Below, one piece after another: positions 40,930 to 52,916 of a stretch of 64,000 nucleotides of DNA. A program made the position numbers and the translations under genes. Every line of letters starts with the position of its first letter. Positions within the stretch are counted from its first letter, which is position 1. This DNA is from Octopus sinensis (taxonomy: Eukaryota): assembly GCF_006345805.1 (NCBI RefSeq), contig NC_043000.1:130820001-130884000 (forward strand), given 5' to 3'. Below the pieces are notes generated by a model that did no database searches, was not told the DNA's origin, and saw only the letters and a program-made list of their open reading frames with translations.

Positions 40930-41110
40930 GGGAGAATTGACAAAAAAATCAAAAGGCGAAGACGGTGTACAAAACAAACAGATGTATTAGTATAACGCTC
41001 AGGAATTGCAAAAGTCTTCTACGTTTCGACCCTACGCTCTTCTACAGAAAGGGACACAGACAAAAACAAAGAAAGAAACAAGGAGAAAAATGCGTGCCGT
41101 GGCCAGTGTG
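40930..41110 (-). mobile_element. PLE pseudo-LTR-like repeat
   Basis: Same family as 37520-37650, 27470-27570 and 51095-51165. Confidence 0.7.
41016..41051 (-). ncRNA. Minimal hammerhead-ribozyme-like motif (non-canonical core)
   Basis: CUUU CUGUAGA A GAGC GUAG GGUC GAAA CG UA GAAG; stem I, palindromic ACGU and a GUA site; A6 is U and stem II has a mismatch. Confidence 0.45.
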
Positions 41111-41597
41111 TGTATATGTGTTGTATGTGTGTGGAGAGAGGGAGAGAGAGAGCGATGAGGGGTTTCTGAAAAGTTCCTGAAAGGCCCTCTTGGAGACCCA
41201 ACCTTCCGAGTTCTTTTACAGGGCTTAGAGAAACTGAAGGGCAGGCGCAGTAAGCCTGTGAGTCTGAGAGGGGAATATGTTGAATAAAATCCTAATTAAC
41301 GGAGTCTCCTGTATTTTCTTTTACACACAGCCATGGACTTTCCAGGAGACAGAGATAATGTGTGCTTGAGTGTGTGCGTGTGATAATGGGAGTTTCCCAC
41401 CTGCTCGCCAACTGGTGAGTTCTTATGACTATTTCTATTAAAAAATGTAACGTTTCGTTGAATGATAAGGGATAGTATTTGAATTTCTGTGCACTCAGGC
41501 TACTGCTATTAGAGAAAGAGCAAGGTTGACTACTACAGAATTTGTAAAGAGCCGTGACTAATTCCGTAAGTATCTTTAACCATATTACCAGTCCGCT

Positions 41598-41831
41598 ACC
41601 TATTTCTTTACTACCCACAAGGGGCTAAACACAGAGGAGACAAACAAGGACAGACAAACAGATTATGTCGATAATATCGACTCCAGTGCGTAACTGGTAC
41701 TTATTTAATCGATCCCGAAAGGATGAAAGGCAAAGTCGACCTCGGTGGAATTTGAACTCAGAACGTAGCGACAGACGAAATACCACAGAGCATTTCGCCC
41801 GGTGTGCTAACGTTTCTGCCAGCTCGTCACC
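41598..41831 (-). mobile_element. SINE-B, full-length, tail variant 2
   Basis: Tail ...CCCCTTGTGGGTAGTAAAGAAAT. Confidence 0.92.
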
Positions 41832-43283
41832 TTATCAATCCGCTACCGTCCATACATGGTGAAGTCGGTTAACGAGCCTTTAGTACAAAATGTAGGCTGT
41901 TAAACTAAATACTGTACGACTATACGACTATATCGTTCTCCGATATTTCTCATTGGCGGAATATGTGGAATATCAAACAAAAAGCATTGCAGTATCTGTT
42001 TATGGCTGCTTACATTCTCAGTTCAAATACCAGTTAAGTGCTAGGGTCGATATTATTGACTAAACTCATTCTACAGAATTGAAGCCTCTTGCCTGTGTTC
42101 ACAATCAATACTGAATCTGCTTTCTTTGGCAGAAACGATAGAATATCGAACAGAATGTATACAGTTATTTAGTTCCGTTCTTTTGCGTTCTTAGAGCTAT
42201 AGACGATTTAGGCGATTTAATCGAATATCCTAATCCTAACTTCAAAACTGTGGCCTTGTTCCTATATTATAAATCGTTATATATTAATAAATATTGACAT
42301 ATTTATTTTATGTGTTACAGTCTTGAGTTTTACTACTTAAACATTGTGCATTGTAATATTTCGTTATGGCATGGAGAAACAGAAACAAATGTAAAGAGAC
42401 GAAGATGAAAAGACGGATACACAATGACAAACATAACTAACGTAATACTTTAATTATAGTTTACTGTTTTTCCTTTGTTGAGAAATATTGACGGTCGATA
42501 TTTGAGCTGAAACATCAGTGAGCAGTGTGAACTATACTGAGTAACTTTATAGTAATATCGTTGAAATAGAAATGTATTCGATTTTTGTATATAATTTTAC
42601 ACTAACTTGTAACAGTGTAATCGTTTGGTTACAATAGAGATCCTATAGCTAGAAGAAAAAGAGAGAGAGGAAACGGATGGGAACAGGGAACGGGACAAGA
42701 CATGGAGAAAGGAGTAAAAGGAAAAGCGGGGAGGGAATTGAGCTGAAAAAATTGTTTGTGGAAATGAGAATTATACAGTGAAAGGAAAAGACAAGAGATG
42801 GTGTAAATGTATGGGAGACTGAAACGAATAAAATTTAGAGTGAACGGTTGCATATATTTTTACCACAGTTGTTGGAATGTAATATTTAAAGAGTTTAAAA
42901 CTAAGCAGAGCTAACATGTGAATGCGTGTATGTGTATATGTATGCGATCAGTTTTCTAAGTATGTATTAAGATATATATACATATATGTTTGTATGTGTG
43001 TGTGTTTATTGTATTTATGAATAGAACAGTTAAGAGAGATGAGGTGAGAGAATACAGCTGTTTCATAATCGTGTTACTTATATATAACAGATATTACATC
43101 AATATTCACACTTGTATAAAATATACATATAAATATATGTGCGTGCGTACACCCATATATACAAGGGTGCTGAGTGATAACTAACAGAATGATTCATGGC
43201 AGTCCAAAACACAACCTCACTATTCATTGCGATGTATATGACTAAACATATACGCATACAGATATGTATATGTATTTTTGTAT

Positions 43284-43587
43284 GTGAAGGCACATGGTTC
43301 AGTAGTTAGCGCGTCGGGCTCACAGTCATGAGGTAGTGAGTTCGATTCCCGGACTGGGCTGAGTGTTGTATTGCTTCAGCAAGACACTTTATTTCACGTT
43401 GCTCCAGTTCATTCAGCAGACGAAATCAGTTGCAGCATCACTTTGCCTTTCCTTGGATAACATCGGTGGCGCGGTGATGGGAGGCTGGTGACTGCTGGTC
43501 TCTCATAAACAACCTTGCCCGGATTTGTGGGTCAGAGGGGAACTTTCTAGGTGGAATCCCATTGTCATTCATGACTGAATGGGTACC
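43284..43587 (+). mobile_element. SINE-D, near full-length
   Basis: GTGAAGGCACATGGTTCAGTAG...GAGTTCGATTCCCGG. Confidence 0.85.
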
Positions 43588-43639
43588 TTCTGATTATATA
43601 TATATATATTACATATAAGAGACTAAGTGTACGTACGCC

Positions 43640-43805
43640 GCTATATATATATATATAAAAATACAAAATGGAACAAGAACGCAAAATATGCAGGTAGACG
43701 ATACAAAAAAAAACAAGGACGGGTCATTCGGAGTTTCCTTTCCTCAGTCGAGTTCCACATTATCTTTGCAATTCCGGCTGGTTATACTCAAGATTGCTCC
43801 AATCA
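43640..43805 (-). repeat. Unclassified interspersed repeat (relative of 23290-23485)
   Basis: See 23290. Confidence 0.7.
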
Positions 43806-43807
43806 TA

Positions 43808-43873
<66 letters not shown>

Positions 43874-44630
43874 TTGCTGTTATGTTAAATTGTGATATGT
43901 CCAAATTTAGCCAAATTCGCTTTCTTCAATATATTTAAGTTTGCTTGCAAAAGCCGGTTCTTTTGTTCAATATATCGTATCTCCAGCTGCTTCAGATGAA
44001 AATTGTCAAAGTGAAATACAACGGTTTAGCACATTTCAAAAGTGGTGTAGTAAGTCTCACATACAACAGTTTTGCAAAAATATTTCTGACTGAAAATATC
44101 ATACATGCATGGAGTTACGATTTTATGCACCCTACAAAGTATTACTGTGAAGTTGAAACTATTGCTATTATAAAAACAAATGAAATAGTGAAACTATTTT
44201 TTCGTTTTCTTAAAAGATGCCGGCTGCGACAACTCTCCGCAGCGGTCAAGAGACTGTAAAACGTATCATTTTCATGCACATCAACAACATAGGAAGAAAT
44301 TGTTTACATCATTCATTATTTAAACCACAGTGAAGCTTTGTTATATCGACACTTATTTAAGTTCTTTTGACTTATGCCGTTGTGCATAAACAGGTATTGC
44401 TTAATTAATGAGGAACCGTCTGGGGCACAGATGTGCACATTAGGCTATCCGTCAGTGTGCTTTTTCTGAGTTACGCTGCGCTGTGCACACACGCATACAC
44501 ACATGCATACACTCACCGAGACCCGCAGACACATGTATATATATATACATATAATAAAAAATAAATATCTATATGTGTATATATGTGTATATATATATGT
44601 ATATATACTTACATACACACACACACACTC

Positions 44631-44664
<34 letters not shown>

Positions 44665-44789
44665 CGTACATATGTATGTTTGTTTATATTAGTTTGTGTT
44701 GTGTCAGTCATATACAACATATGTAATCAGCACTTTGTTGAGAAGAAAATAAAATCTCATAAAAATTTCATGACACAAATACACTTATG

Positions 44790-44791
44790 TT

Positions 44792-44887
<96 letters not shown>

Positions 44888-45128
44888 GAAAGAAAGAGAG
44901 AGAGAAAGAGAAAAAGAGAGAAAGAGAGAAAGAAAGAGAGAAAGAAAGAAAGAGAGAGAGAAAGAAAGAGAGAGAGAAAGAAAGAAAGAAAGAAAGAGAG
45001 AAGAAAGAAAGAAAGAAAGAAAGAAAGAGAGAAAGAGAGAAAGAAAGAGAGAAAGAGGGAAAGAGAGAGAGAGAGAGAGGGAAAGAAAGAAAGAGAGAGA
45101 GAGAGAGAAAGAGAGAAAGAGGAAAGAG

Positions 45129-45159
<31 letters not shown>

Positions 45160-45160
45160 G

Positions 45161-45206
<46 letters not shown>
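44790..45206. repeat. ~415-bp pure purine (AG/AAAG)n tract
   Basis: Only A and G on the + strand. Confidence 0.95.
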
Positions 45207-45207
<1 letters not shown>

Positions 45208-45565
45208 CCAATCTTTTTAAAGTGTTGTACAATAAAAAAAAAATACATGGCTTTCTTTGTAATTACAATTCGGAACTGCAAATAACTGACGAAGAGAAAT
45301 ACAAATAGATAACAAGAATTCGAGAAATTCTGACTAAACTGAAAAGCTTTCATGAAAGAGAAATGTCTGTTAGACAAAATATGAGCTGTAAAAGGATAGC
45401 ATATTCCATATATGAAAATTCTTAATGTGAACAAATATCAAACGGTCTTAGCTCACTGTAAATTAGTCGACTTCAGGATCGTAACGTATCTACGAAATAC
45501 TCAAAGATTATGTGAAATAGTAAAAGCGTAATTTGATTTTTTTTTTCATTTTCGTTTATTCGATA

Positions 45566-45935
45566 CTAGCAGTATCGCCCGGCGTTGCTCGGGTTTGTAA
45601 GGGAAATAACTATAAAGCATCTTTAGAGATCAGCCAAAAAATAGCAAAAAAATGGAAAAAAAATGATGGTAAATTTTTTTTGAGAGTTAAAAAGGTCGAG
45701 TTGCGTCTGTGGTTTGTGTTTCTGATTCTCGACCCCATGTCGAATTTATCGATTTTTTTTCAGAACTGGGGGAACTTTTCAAAATTTTCGCTGCGTTAGT
45801 TTTGAATTATGACATTGGGCTATGTGTGTGTCAAGTTTCATCAGAATCGGTTGAAAGCCGTGGTCAGGGTGAGGGTACAACCTAACAGACACACAGACAC
45901 GCAGACAGACAAACTGCCGTTTATATATAGAGAGA
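45566..45935 (-). mobile_element. Non-autonomous Helitron
   Basis: On the minus strand: A|TC start and hairpin plus CTAG|T end; same family as 36889. Confidence 0.9.
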
Positions 45936-46054
45936 TGCAAGTTTTCTTTATGGCTGATCTTTTGGTCAATAAGCTTGAGAAAGTGACGTAATACAGTAAG
46001 CACTATTCAATATTGGTTTCAATTTCTAGCAGTCCCAAAGAAGAGGCCAAGCAG

Positions 46055-46659
46055 ATTAAATCAATCCCAGTGCCCAACTGGTACTTATTTTATCGACCCC
46101 GAAAGGATAAACTGGTACTTATTTTATCGACCCCGAAAGGATAAAAAAACAAAGCTAACCTCGGTGGCGTTTTATCTCAGAACATAAAGACGGACGAAAT
46201 GCCGCAATGCATTATGTCCACTGTGCTAACGATTCTGCCATCTTATTTCTTTACTACCCACAAGGGGCTAAACACAGAGAGGACAAACAAGGACAGACAA
46301 ACGGTTTACGTCGATTATATCGAGCCCAGTGCGTAACTGGTACTTATTTAATCGACCCCAAAAGGATGAAAGGCAAAGTCGACCTCGGCGGAATTTGAAC
46401 TCAGAACGTAACGGCAGACGAAATACCTATTGCTTTATTACCCACAAGGGGCAAAACACAGAGAGGACAAACAAGGACAGATAGACGGATTAAGTCGATT
46501 ATAACTACCCCAGTGCGTAACTGGTACTTAATTTATCGACCCCGAAGGGATGAAAGGCAAAGTCGACCTCGGCAGAATTTGAACTCGGAACGTAGCGGCA
46601 AACGAAATACCGGTAAGCATTTCGCCCGGCGTGCTAACGTTTCTGCCAGCTCGCCGCCT
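46055..46659 (-). mobile_element. Head-to-tail array of three SINE-B units
   Basis: One full copy (46427-46659), one 5'-truncated copy (46245-46426) and an older tailless copy with a 34-bp internal duplication. Confidence 0.88.
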
Positions 46660-47339
46660 TAGTAAGCCCCTTTGAATATTATAGAAGTTGATGTGATACA
46701 TGAAATAGACAGGTTCGATAAATATTCTATTACAAATTTTGTCGACATCCTGTCAGTTCACCTAAATACATGTGAAAAGAGTTTAGCTAATGCAGCGTAG
46801 ATAGTGTCTTAAACATATGTGTGGACAACAACAATCTCCTGAAAGCATATAGGAGAAATATAAATTGCTAGTTAAATACTAGACACCATTCTTTCTGACT
46901 TTATGAATATGCACATCCTTGTGGGGAATTATTGGAGATTAGCTATAGTCCTTCGAGACAAATACTTATGTCATAACAAGCATGGTTTCTTAGAGGTATA
47001 GAAGATCCCTATACAATATTTATACTATCAATATTGGGTATTGAGGCATTTTTTTTTTTTTTTGTAATTCCGATATGGATATGGTTTGCAGTGACAACAC
47101 CAAATAATGTAATAAAACTGAACATGGTGTTCAATATAAACAAAATAAGGAAAATCGACATTTTGGAAAAGCTGGTGGATTTGCTGCATAACCTAAGGCT
47201 GACATAAATAACTCTGGTAGTGTTGGTGGTGGCGACGGCACCGGTGCCAGCGGTGGTGGTGGTGGTGGGGGGGGGTTCTTCGTCGTTCGACGATGAGGAT
47301 TCATTTGCTCGATCAACTGAATTATCTGTTCCTGCATTA

Positions 47340-47578
47340 ACTCTTTTACTCTTTTACTTTTTACAGTCATTTGATTATGGCCATGCTGGAGCACCGCCTT
47401 TAGTCGAATCAAATCGACCCCAGGACCTATTCTTTGTAAGCCTAGTACTTATTCTATCAGTCTCTTTTGCCGAACCGCTATGTTACGGGGACGTAAACAC
47501 ACCAGCATCGGTTGTCAAGCGATGTTGGGGGACAAACACAGACACACAAACATATACACACACATACATATATACATA
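47340..47578 (-). mobile_element. SINE-A 3' half, older subfamily
   Basis: Interrupted at its internal microsatellite by the Helitron-like sequence at 47579. Confidence 0.85.
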
Positions 47579-47860
47579 TCTCTCTATATATAATATTGAG
47601 AGTGTGTGTCTGTCTGTGTTTCCCTAAAACTTGAGAACTACACAACCAATTTCATTCAAATTTTACACATGCCTTACTTAAGGTCCGGGGAGTGTCATCG
47701 GCAAAAAGGTTTTTCCCTAGGGCGACCCCACAGCAATATCATATCTTCTCCACTATTTCAGTATTACGTGTTAAAAGTAATATTTCAGTATTACGTGTTA
47801 AAATACACCGGTGAAAATATATTTCAGACCGACAATAAAAGTTCTGTTTCTTACAAAATA
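47579..47860 (+). mobile_element. Non-autonomous Helitron-like 5' part
   Basis: A|TCTCTCTATATATAA...GTGTGTCTGTCTG...CAACCAATTTCATTCAAATTTTACACA resembles the start of 36889; no CTAG end found. Confidence 0.55.
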
Positions 47861-47957
47861 TTTTGTTACTAACACCATACAAATTATCTATATCTTTCAC
47901 AATTTTGCAAGCAATTTTTATACAACTTGAAGAATTCTAATGCTAAATTAATATATA

Positions 47958-48121
47958 TTTCATTTACTGCCCACAAGGGACTAAACATAGAGGGTCAAAC
48001 AAGGACAGACAAACGGATTAAGTCGATTACATCGACGCCAGTGCGTAACTGTTACTTAATTTATCGACCCCGAAAGGATGAAAGGCAAAGTCGACCTCGG
48101 CGGAATTTGAACTCAGAACGT
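47958..48121 (-). mobile_element. SINE-B, 5'-truncated, tail variant 2
   Basis: Matches 41598. Confidence 0.88.
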
Positions 48122-48708
48122 AATATAAGCGTTTCAAATTTACCGGCAAAATTAGTTTAATATGTATGCAATTTTTTTGGCCAAAAGTGGTGGTCACACA
48201 ACGAGCCTAAATGCACCATATAAAGTTATGATTTAATGTTGTTATACAATTTATTATTAATGGGAAAACAACGTAGCCTTAGTCCAGTCACAAGAGCAAA
48301 AATCGTATATCACAGCAAAAAGCTTCCTTTTTGAACATCAGCAAGCAACTAAAGTGCAGTAAACCGGCTTGCGTGCAAGCGTGGAAGTTATACTCGGAGA
48401 CTGGTCAATATAAAAATCGGCAAAGGACTAGTAACAAAATATTTTGTAAGAAATATCGGTCTTAAATTTATTTTCGCCAGTGTGTATATTATATATATAT
48501 ATATAATGTATATATATATAATGTATATAATGTATATAATGTATATAATATATAAGCTATTAATAAAATGTGGTATACGATAAAAATTTCGGATATTTGT
48601 CTTAAAACATTCAGACAAGAAAATTCAGATGTAGTACATGAGGTATTATTCCATACGAATATACACATATTTATGTTAAGAGTTTCATGATAATAATATA
48701 GAGAAATA

Positions 48709-49274
48709 TTGGGTTGTCCGGAAAGTTCTTGCCGATTTATAGTAGCTTATCTTTCGACTTATTTTAGAACATGTTTGAGTCCATAAAATAGGATTTGACT
48801 ACACCTCCATTTAGAGCACAGTTTAAGCTATCTTTTCGTGGAAGAAGGTTTATGTTCCTATAACCTGTGTTAATTCTGTAACCCTTTAAAATAAAAGATG
48901 AGAAAGTTCATTTTCGGCATTTGATGCTTTGGGAACCAGACAAAAATTGCTGCAGCTCGGCTAGGATGTGTTACCCCCACCCTCCCTATTCACCAGATAT
49001 TGCTCCTTCGGATTTCCACTTATTCAGGTCTCTGCAGAAAAGTCTTAATGGTAAAAATTTCAATTCCTTAGATGACGTAAAATGATACCTTGACGAATTC
49101 TTTGCCTTGAAACCACCTCAATTCTGGGAAGAGGGTATTTTCAAGGTAAAGGAAAGATGGAGACGTATTGTGCAACGAAATGGTTCAGATTTGGTTCATT
49201 AAAAATGTAATGGCAAGTATTTAGTGACCTTTACTTTCCTTTAAAAATCAGAACGAACTTTCCGGACAACCCAA
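48709..49274 (+). mobile_element. Internally deleted mariner element
   Basis: Same TIRs and TA flanks; the N-terminal stub joins directly to the C-terminal ...PPYSPDIAPSDFHLFRSL. Confidence 0.95.
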
Positions 49275-49419
49275 TATAAACATAACAATGAAATACGAAT
49301 ATAAACACGAAAAATAAAAACCTAAATTGAAAGAGGCGATTGAAATGTTTTTCCAAACCTGTAGCCGTTTCAGAAAAGTGGTTGTACGAAGTATTCGAAA
49401 TTCAGCTCTCCTTTCTCAG

Positions 49420-49446
49420 GGTTTCTTTCTCGAGGTAAAATCCATG
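49420..49446 (+). CDS. Candidate 27-bp micro-exon
   Basis: CTCTCCTTTCTCAG|GGTTTCTTTCTCGAGGTAAAATCCATG|GTGAGT; both splice sites near consensus and length divisible by 3. Confidence 0.3.
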
Positions 49447-49522
49447 GTGAGTATTCAGTTGGTGAAAGTTCAGTTTTTGAGTATCGATGAATAAGTGACA
49501 GCATAATATCAAGTTCTGCGGT

Positions 49523-50687
49523 TATTCTTTATTACCCACTAGGGGCCACACAGAGGGGACGCTACACACATTGGGGACAAAGAACATCATGATTACATAG
49601 AAATGAAAGATGAATTTTGAAAATGATATTATGAAAGCGACGCTAACGGCCCCATCAGCAGTTAGCTCTTATGTGGCCACTCAGGCCACACTTGTAGCAA
49701 CGTGGAGCTCTGCTCTCCGCCCACTTCTCTTCTGGTCTCTGCTCTTTTTCCGCCTCTCTTTGTGGTTCCGCATCCATATCTTTCTCTGGGGGAGGGCAGT
49801 TAGCTCTTATGTGGCCCCTCAGGCCACACTTGTAGCAACGTGGAGCTCTGCCCTCCACCCACACTCTCATGACTACGCCTCCCAATCCGATGCTCTCTGC
49901 TAGATTCTTCAGCACATCATCCTCCGCTTGTATATTCAAGTCCAGCGCTGCGCCCCTCCAGCCCTCGGTCTTCACCGTGGCATGGAGGACGTCCACCTCA
50001 TCCTCACGACCGCCAATCACAGCTGCCACAATCCATTCAGCCTCGACGCTTGGGGGCACTCCCTCCACCCCCACTCCAGTAATCCTCCTGCTTAAGTACG
50101 AGGGCAAAAGGAACACCCTCTCAGTCTTCACTGCTTTCGCCGCCATCCTCCCTGCCACACTTCCACTCCCGAACTGCACCACCACAGCACCGCAGCTCGC
50201 ACCTTCTGTCAGAAATATTATCTCCCCCTCCGTTCTTCTCAGAGCCTCTCCCCCATCCATTCCACATTCACCACCTCGACTCTCTTCCTTCCGCCCACAT
50301 AGACCCGGCAGGCAACAGTCCCTCTCTCGAACTACTCTCCGCGACCCGGCAGCGGCTCCAACTCCACCTCACCGCCCTCCCTCCCGACAAACTCCTGACA
50401 ACCTGGCAACTTGGCCAAGTCCAACTCTCTCTCCTCCGACTCTTTCGCCACTCCAGCACAGGTACCACCCAACTTTCCGCCCATCCTATTCACCGCCTCT
50501 CCCAACTCCCCCTCAGACGTAGACAAGTCCGATAGGGCTTCGAACACTCTTGCCGCCTCTCCCATCAGGGAGGGGCTGCCCCTGTCCGTCCCAACACCGA
50601 CAGACAAACACCGCGCAACCGTACAACAAAAAACGTTTAAGAAAACCAACGTGCAACGCAGCAGCAAAACTAACTCACGACTTCAAA
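49523..50687 (-). mobile_element. ORF1-only non-autonomous LINE derivative flanked by 36-bp direct repeats
   Basis: GC-rich ORF 49655-50260 with CYKCGLRGHIRANC (CX2CX4HX4C, duplicated), followed after ~130 bp by tail ...GTGGGTAATAAAGAATAA; direct repeats at 49487-49522 and 50688-50723. Confidence 0.8.
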
Positions 50688-51185
50688 ATGAACAAGAGAC
50701 AGCACAATATCAAGTTCTGCGGTGTTTCTCAAGACGATTACAACGTTTAAATAAGAAATGAAAATCATTAGTTGATCATGCAAATAATAGCCAATTGGAA
50801 TATTCCACTCTCTACTATAAAAAAATAATTTAAGATTACAGGTTTGTGCATAAGTGTTCATTGGATGTAATCCTCTAATTGGACCATAGTTTCAAAAAGC
50901 TTTTATATTCTAAAAAATTATATTTTAAAGTTTAAGAAAATTATAAGACGGTATATATTTATGCTTACAAATACTAAAATGTCTGTAATTTTTTATATAG
51001 GGGTGAATAAATGAATTCTTGTGTCCCCTTTATCTAATTTTAAAATTAGTAGTATTCCCTATATAAATTTTCCTAAGTCCGGAGCGTTAAACTAATAAAA
51101 CTGTTTGCTGTTTACACACCCGTCTTCGTCTTTTGTTCGTTTCTTTTGTAAATTCCAAATATATGTATGTATGTGTATGCATATA

Positions 51186-51404
51186 CTCTTTTTACTCTTT
51201 TTCTTGTTTCAGTCACTTGACTGCGGCCATGCTGGAGCACCGCCTTTAATCGAGCAACTCGACCCCGGGACTTATTCTTTTGTAAGCCCAGTACTTATTC
51301 TATCGGTCTCTTTGCCGAACCGCTAAGTAACGGGGACATAAACACACCAGCACCGGTTGTCAAGCAATGCTAGAGGGATAAACACAGACACACAAACACA
51401 CACA

Positions 51405-51441
<37 letters not shown>

Positions 51442-51604
51442 GACGGGCTTCTTTTCAGTTTCCGTCTACCAAATCCACTCACAAGGCTTTGGTCGGCCCG
51501 AGTCTATAGTAGAAGACACTTGCCCAAGGTGCCACACAGTGGGACTGAACTCGGAACCATGTGGTTAGTAAACAAGCTACTTACCACACAGCCACTCCTG
51601 CGCC
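51186..51604 (-). mobile_element. SINE-A, mosaic of subfamily diagnostics
   Basis: Young-type CAAGCAATGCTAG in the 3' half; older-type GGCTTT/TAGTAG/GGTGCC in the 5' half. Confidence 0.9.
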
Positions 51605-51607
51605 TAT

Positions 51608-51638
<31 letters not shown>

Positions 51639-51714
51639 ATATATATATATAATATATATATATATTATATATATATAATATATATATATATAATATTATA
51701 TATATATAATATAT

Positions 51715-51759
<45 letters not shown>

Positions 51760-51852
51760 ATATATAAGGGTGAAAAGGAACACACGAGTTGATATATATG
51801 AAAAAACAAGTCAAAAATAGAAAATACTAAAATAATTTTATAGTGAACATTT

Positions 51853-51890
51853 CAGTACCGGTTTCGGTCATTTTGAGACCTTTTCAACTG
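51853..51890 (-). ncRNA. Minimal hammerhead-ribozyme-like motif, U3-A8 variant (left arm)
   Basis: CAG UUGAAAA GGUC UCAAAAU GACC GAAA CCGG UA CUG. Confidence 0.6.
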
Positions 51891-52393
51891 CAACGATTAA
51901 ATAATTAAATTTAGAAAAATTAGAAGAAAAGTTTTTTTAAAGGGATATTTCTATAGTAGTATTCAGATATAAGTAGCATTCTGCCTTTCTCTGGCTCCCT
52001 TGTTTGCACTTGTGTGTTGGAGGTCGTTGTGAGTTCTTGGTAGGGTAGTAGAGGAAGGAGGCTGATGAGGAAAGGGGGTGGGAGAATCTGGGAGTGCCCT
52101 GATGGTCGTATTTTGAATGGTCAGTGGCGGCTGGCAGTCGCAGTTCAATTCAGGAGAATATTTCTATTGAAAGGCTTGTTTATAGAATTTGCGTAGGTGT
52201 TATACTAAAAAACATTAGTGACAAAGTTAAGGGGTAGAAGGTGGAGAAGTAGAAGAAGAAGAAGAAGAAGAAGGAGAAGGAGAAGATGACGATGATGGTG
52301 ATGGTGGTGATGGTTATTATCATCATCATCGTCGTCATAACCATCACCACCATCACCATCATCGTCATCTTCTCCTTCTCCTTCTTCTTCTTC

Positions 52394-52439
<46 letters not shown>

Positions 52440-52916
52440 ACATCGTCATCTTCTTCTTCTTCTCTTCTTCTTCTTCTTCATCATCATCATCATCAACATC
52501 GTCATCTTCTTCTTCTTCTTCTTCTTCTTCTTCTTCTTCTTCTTCTTCTTCTTCTACTTCTCCACCTTCTACCCCTTAACTTTGTCACTAATGTTTTTTA
52601 GTATAACACCTACGCAAATTCTATAAACAAGCCTTTCAATAGAAATATTCTCCTGAATTGAACTGCGACTGCCAGCCGCCACTGACCATTCAAAATACGA
52701 CCATCAGGGCACTTCCAGATTCTCCCACCCCCTTTCCTCATCAGCCTCCTTCCTCTACTACCCTACCAAGAACTCACAATGACCTCCAACACACAAGTGC
52801 AAACAAGGGAGTCAGAGGAAGGCAGAATGCTACTTATATCTGAACACTACTATAGAAATATTCCTTTTAAAAGAACTTTTCTTCTAATTTTTCTAAATTT
52901 AATTATTTAATCGTTA

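Noticed and set aside
23365-43775. Hammerhead-like CTGAGGA/TTGATGA...GAAT in the 23.3 and 43.7 kb repeat family
   Set aside because: GAAT replaces GAAA and no stem I pairing is evident.
46055-46659. Repeat-spacer-like periodicity suggesting CRISPR
   Set aside because: The units are tandem SINE copies in a eukaryotic context, with no unique spacers or cas genes.
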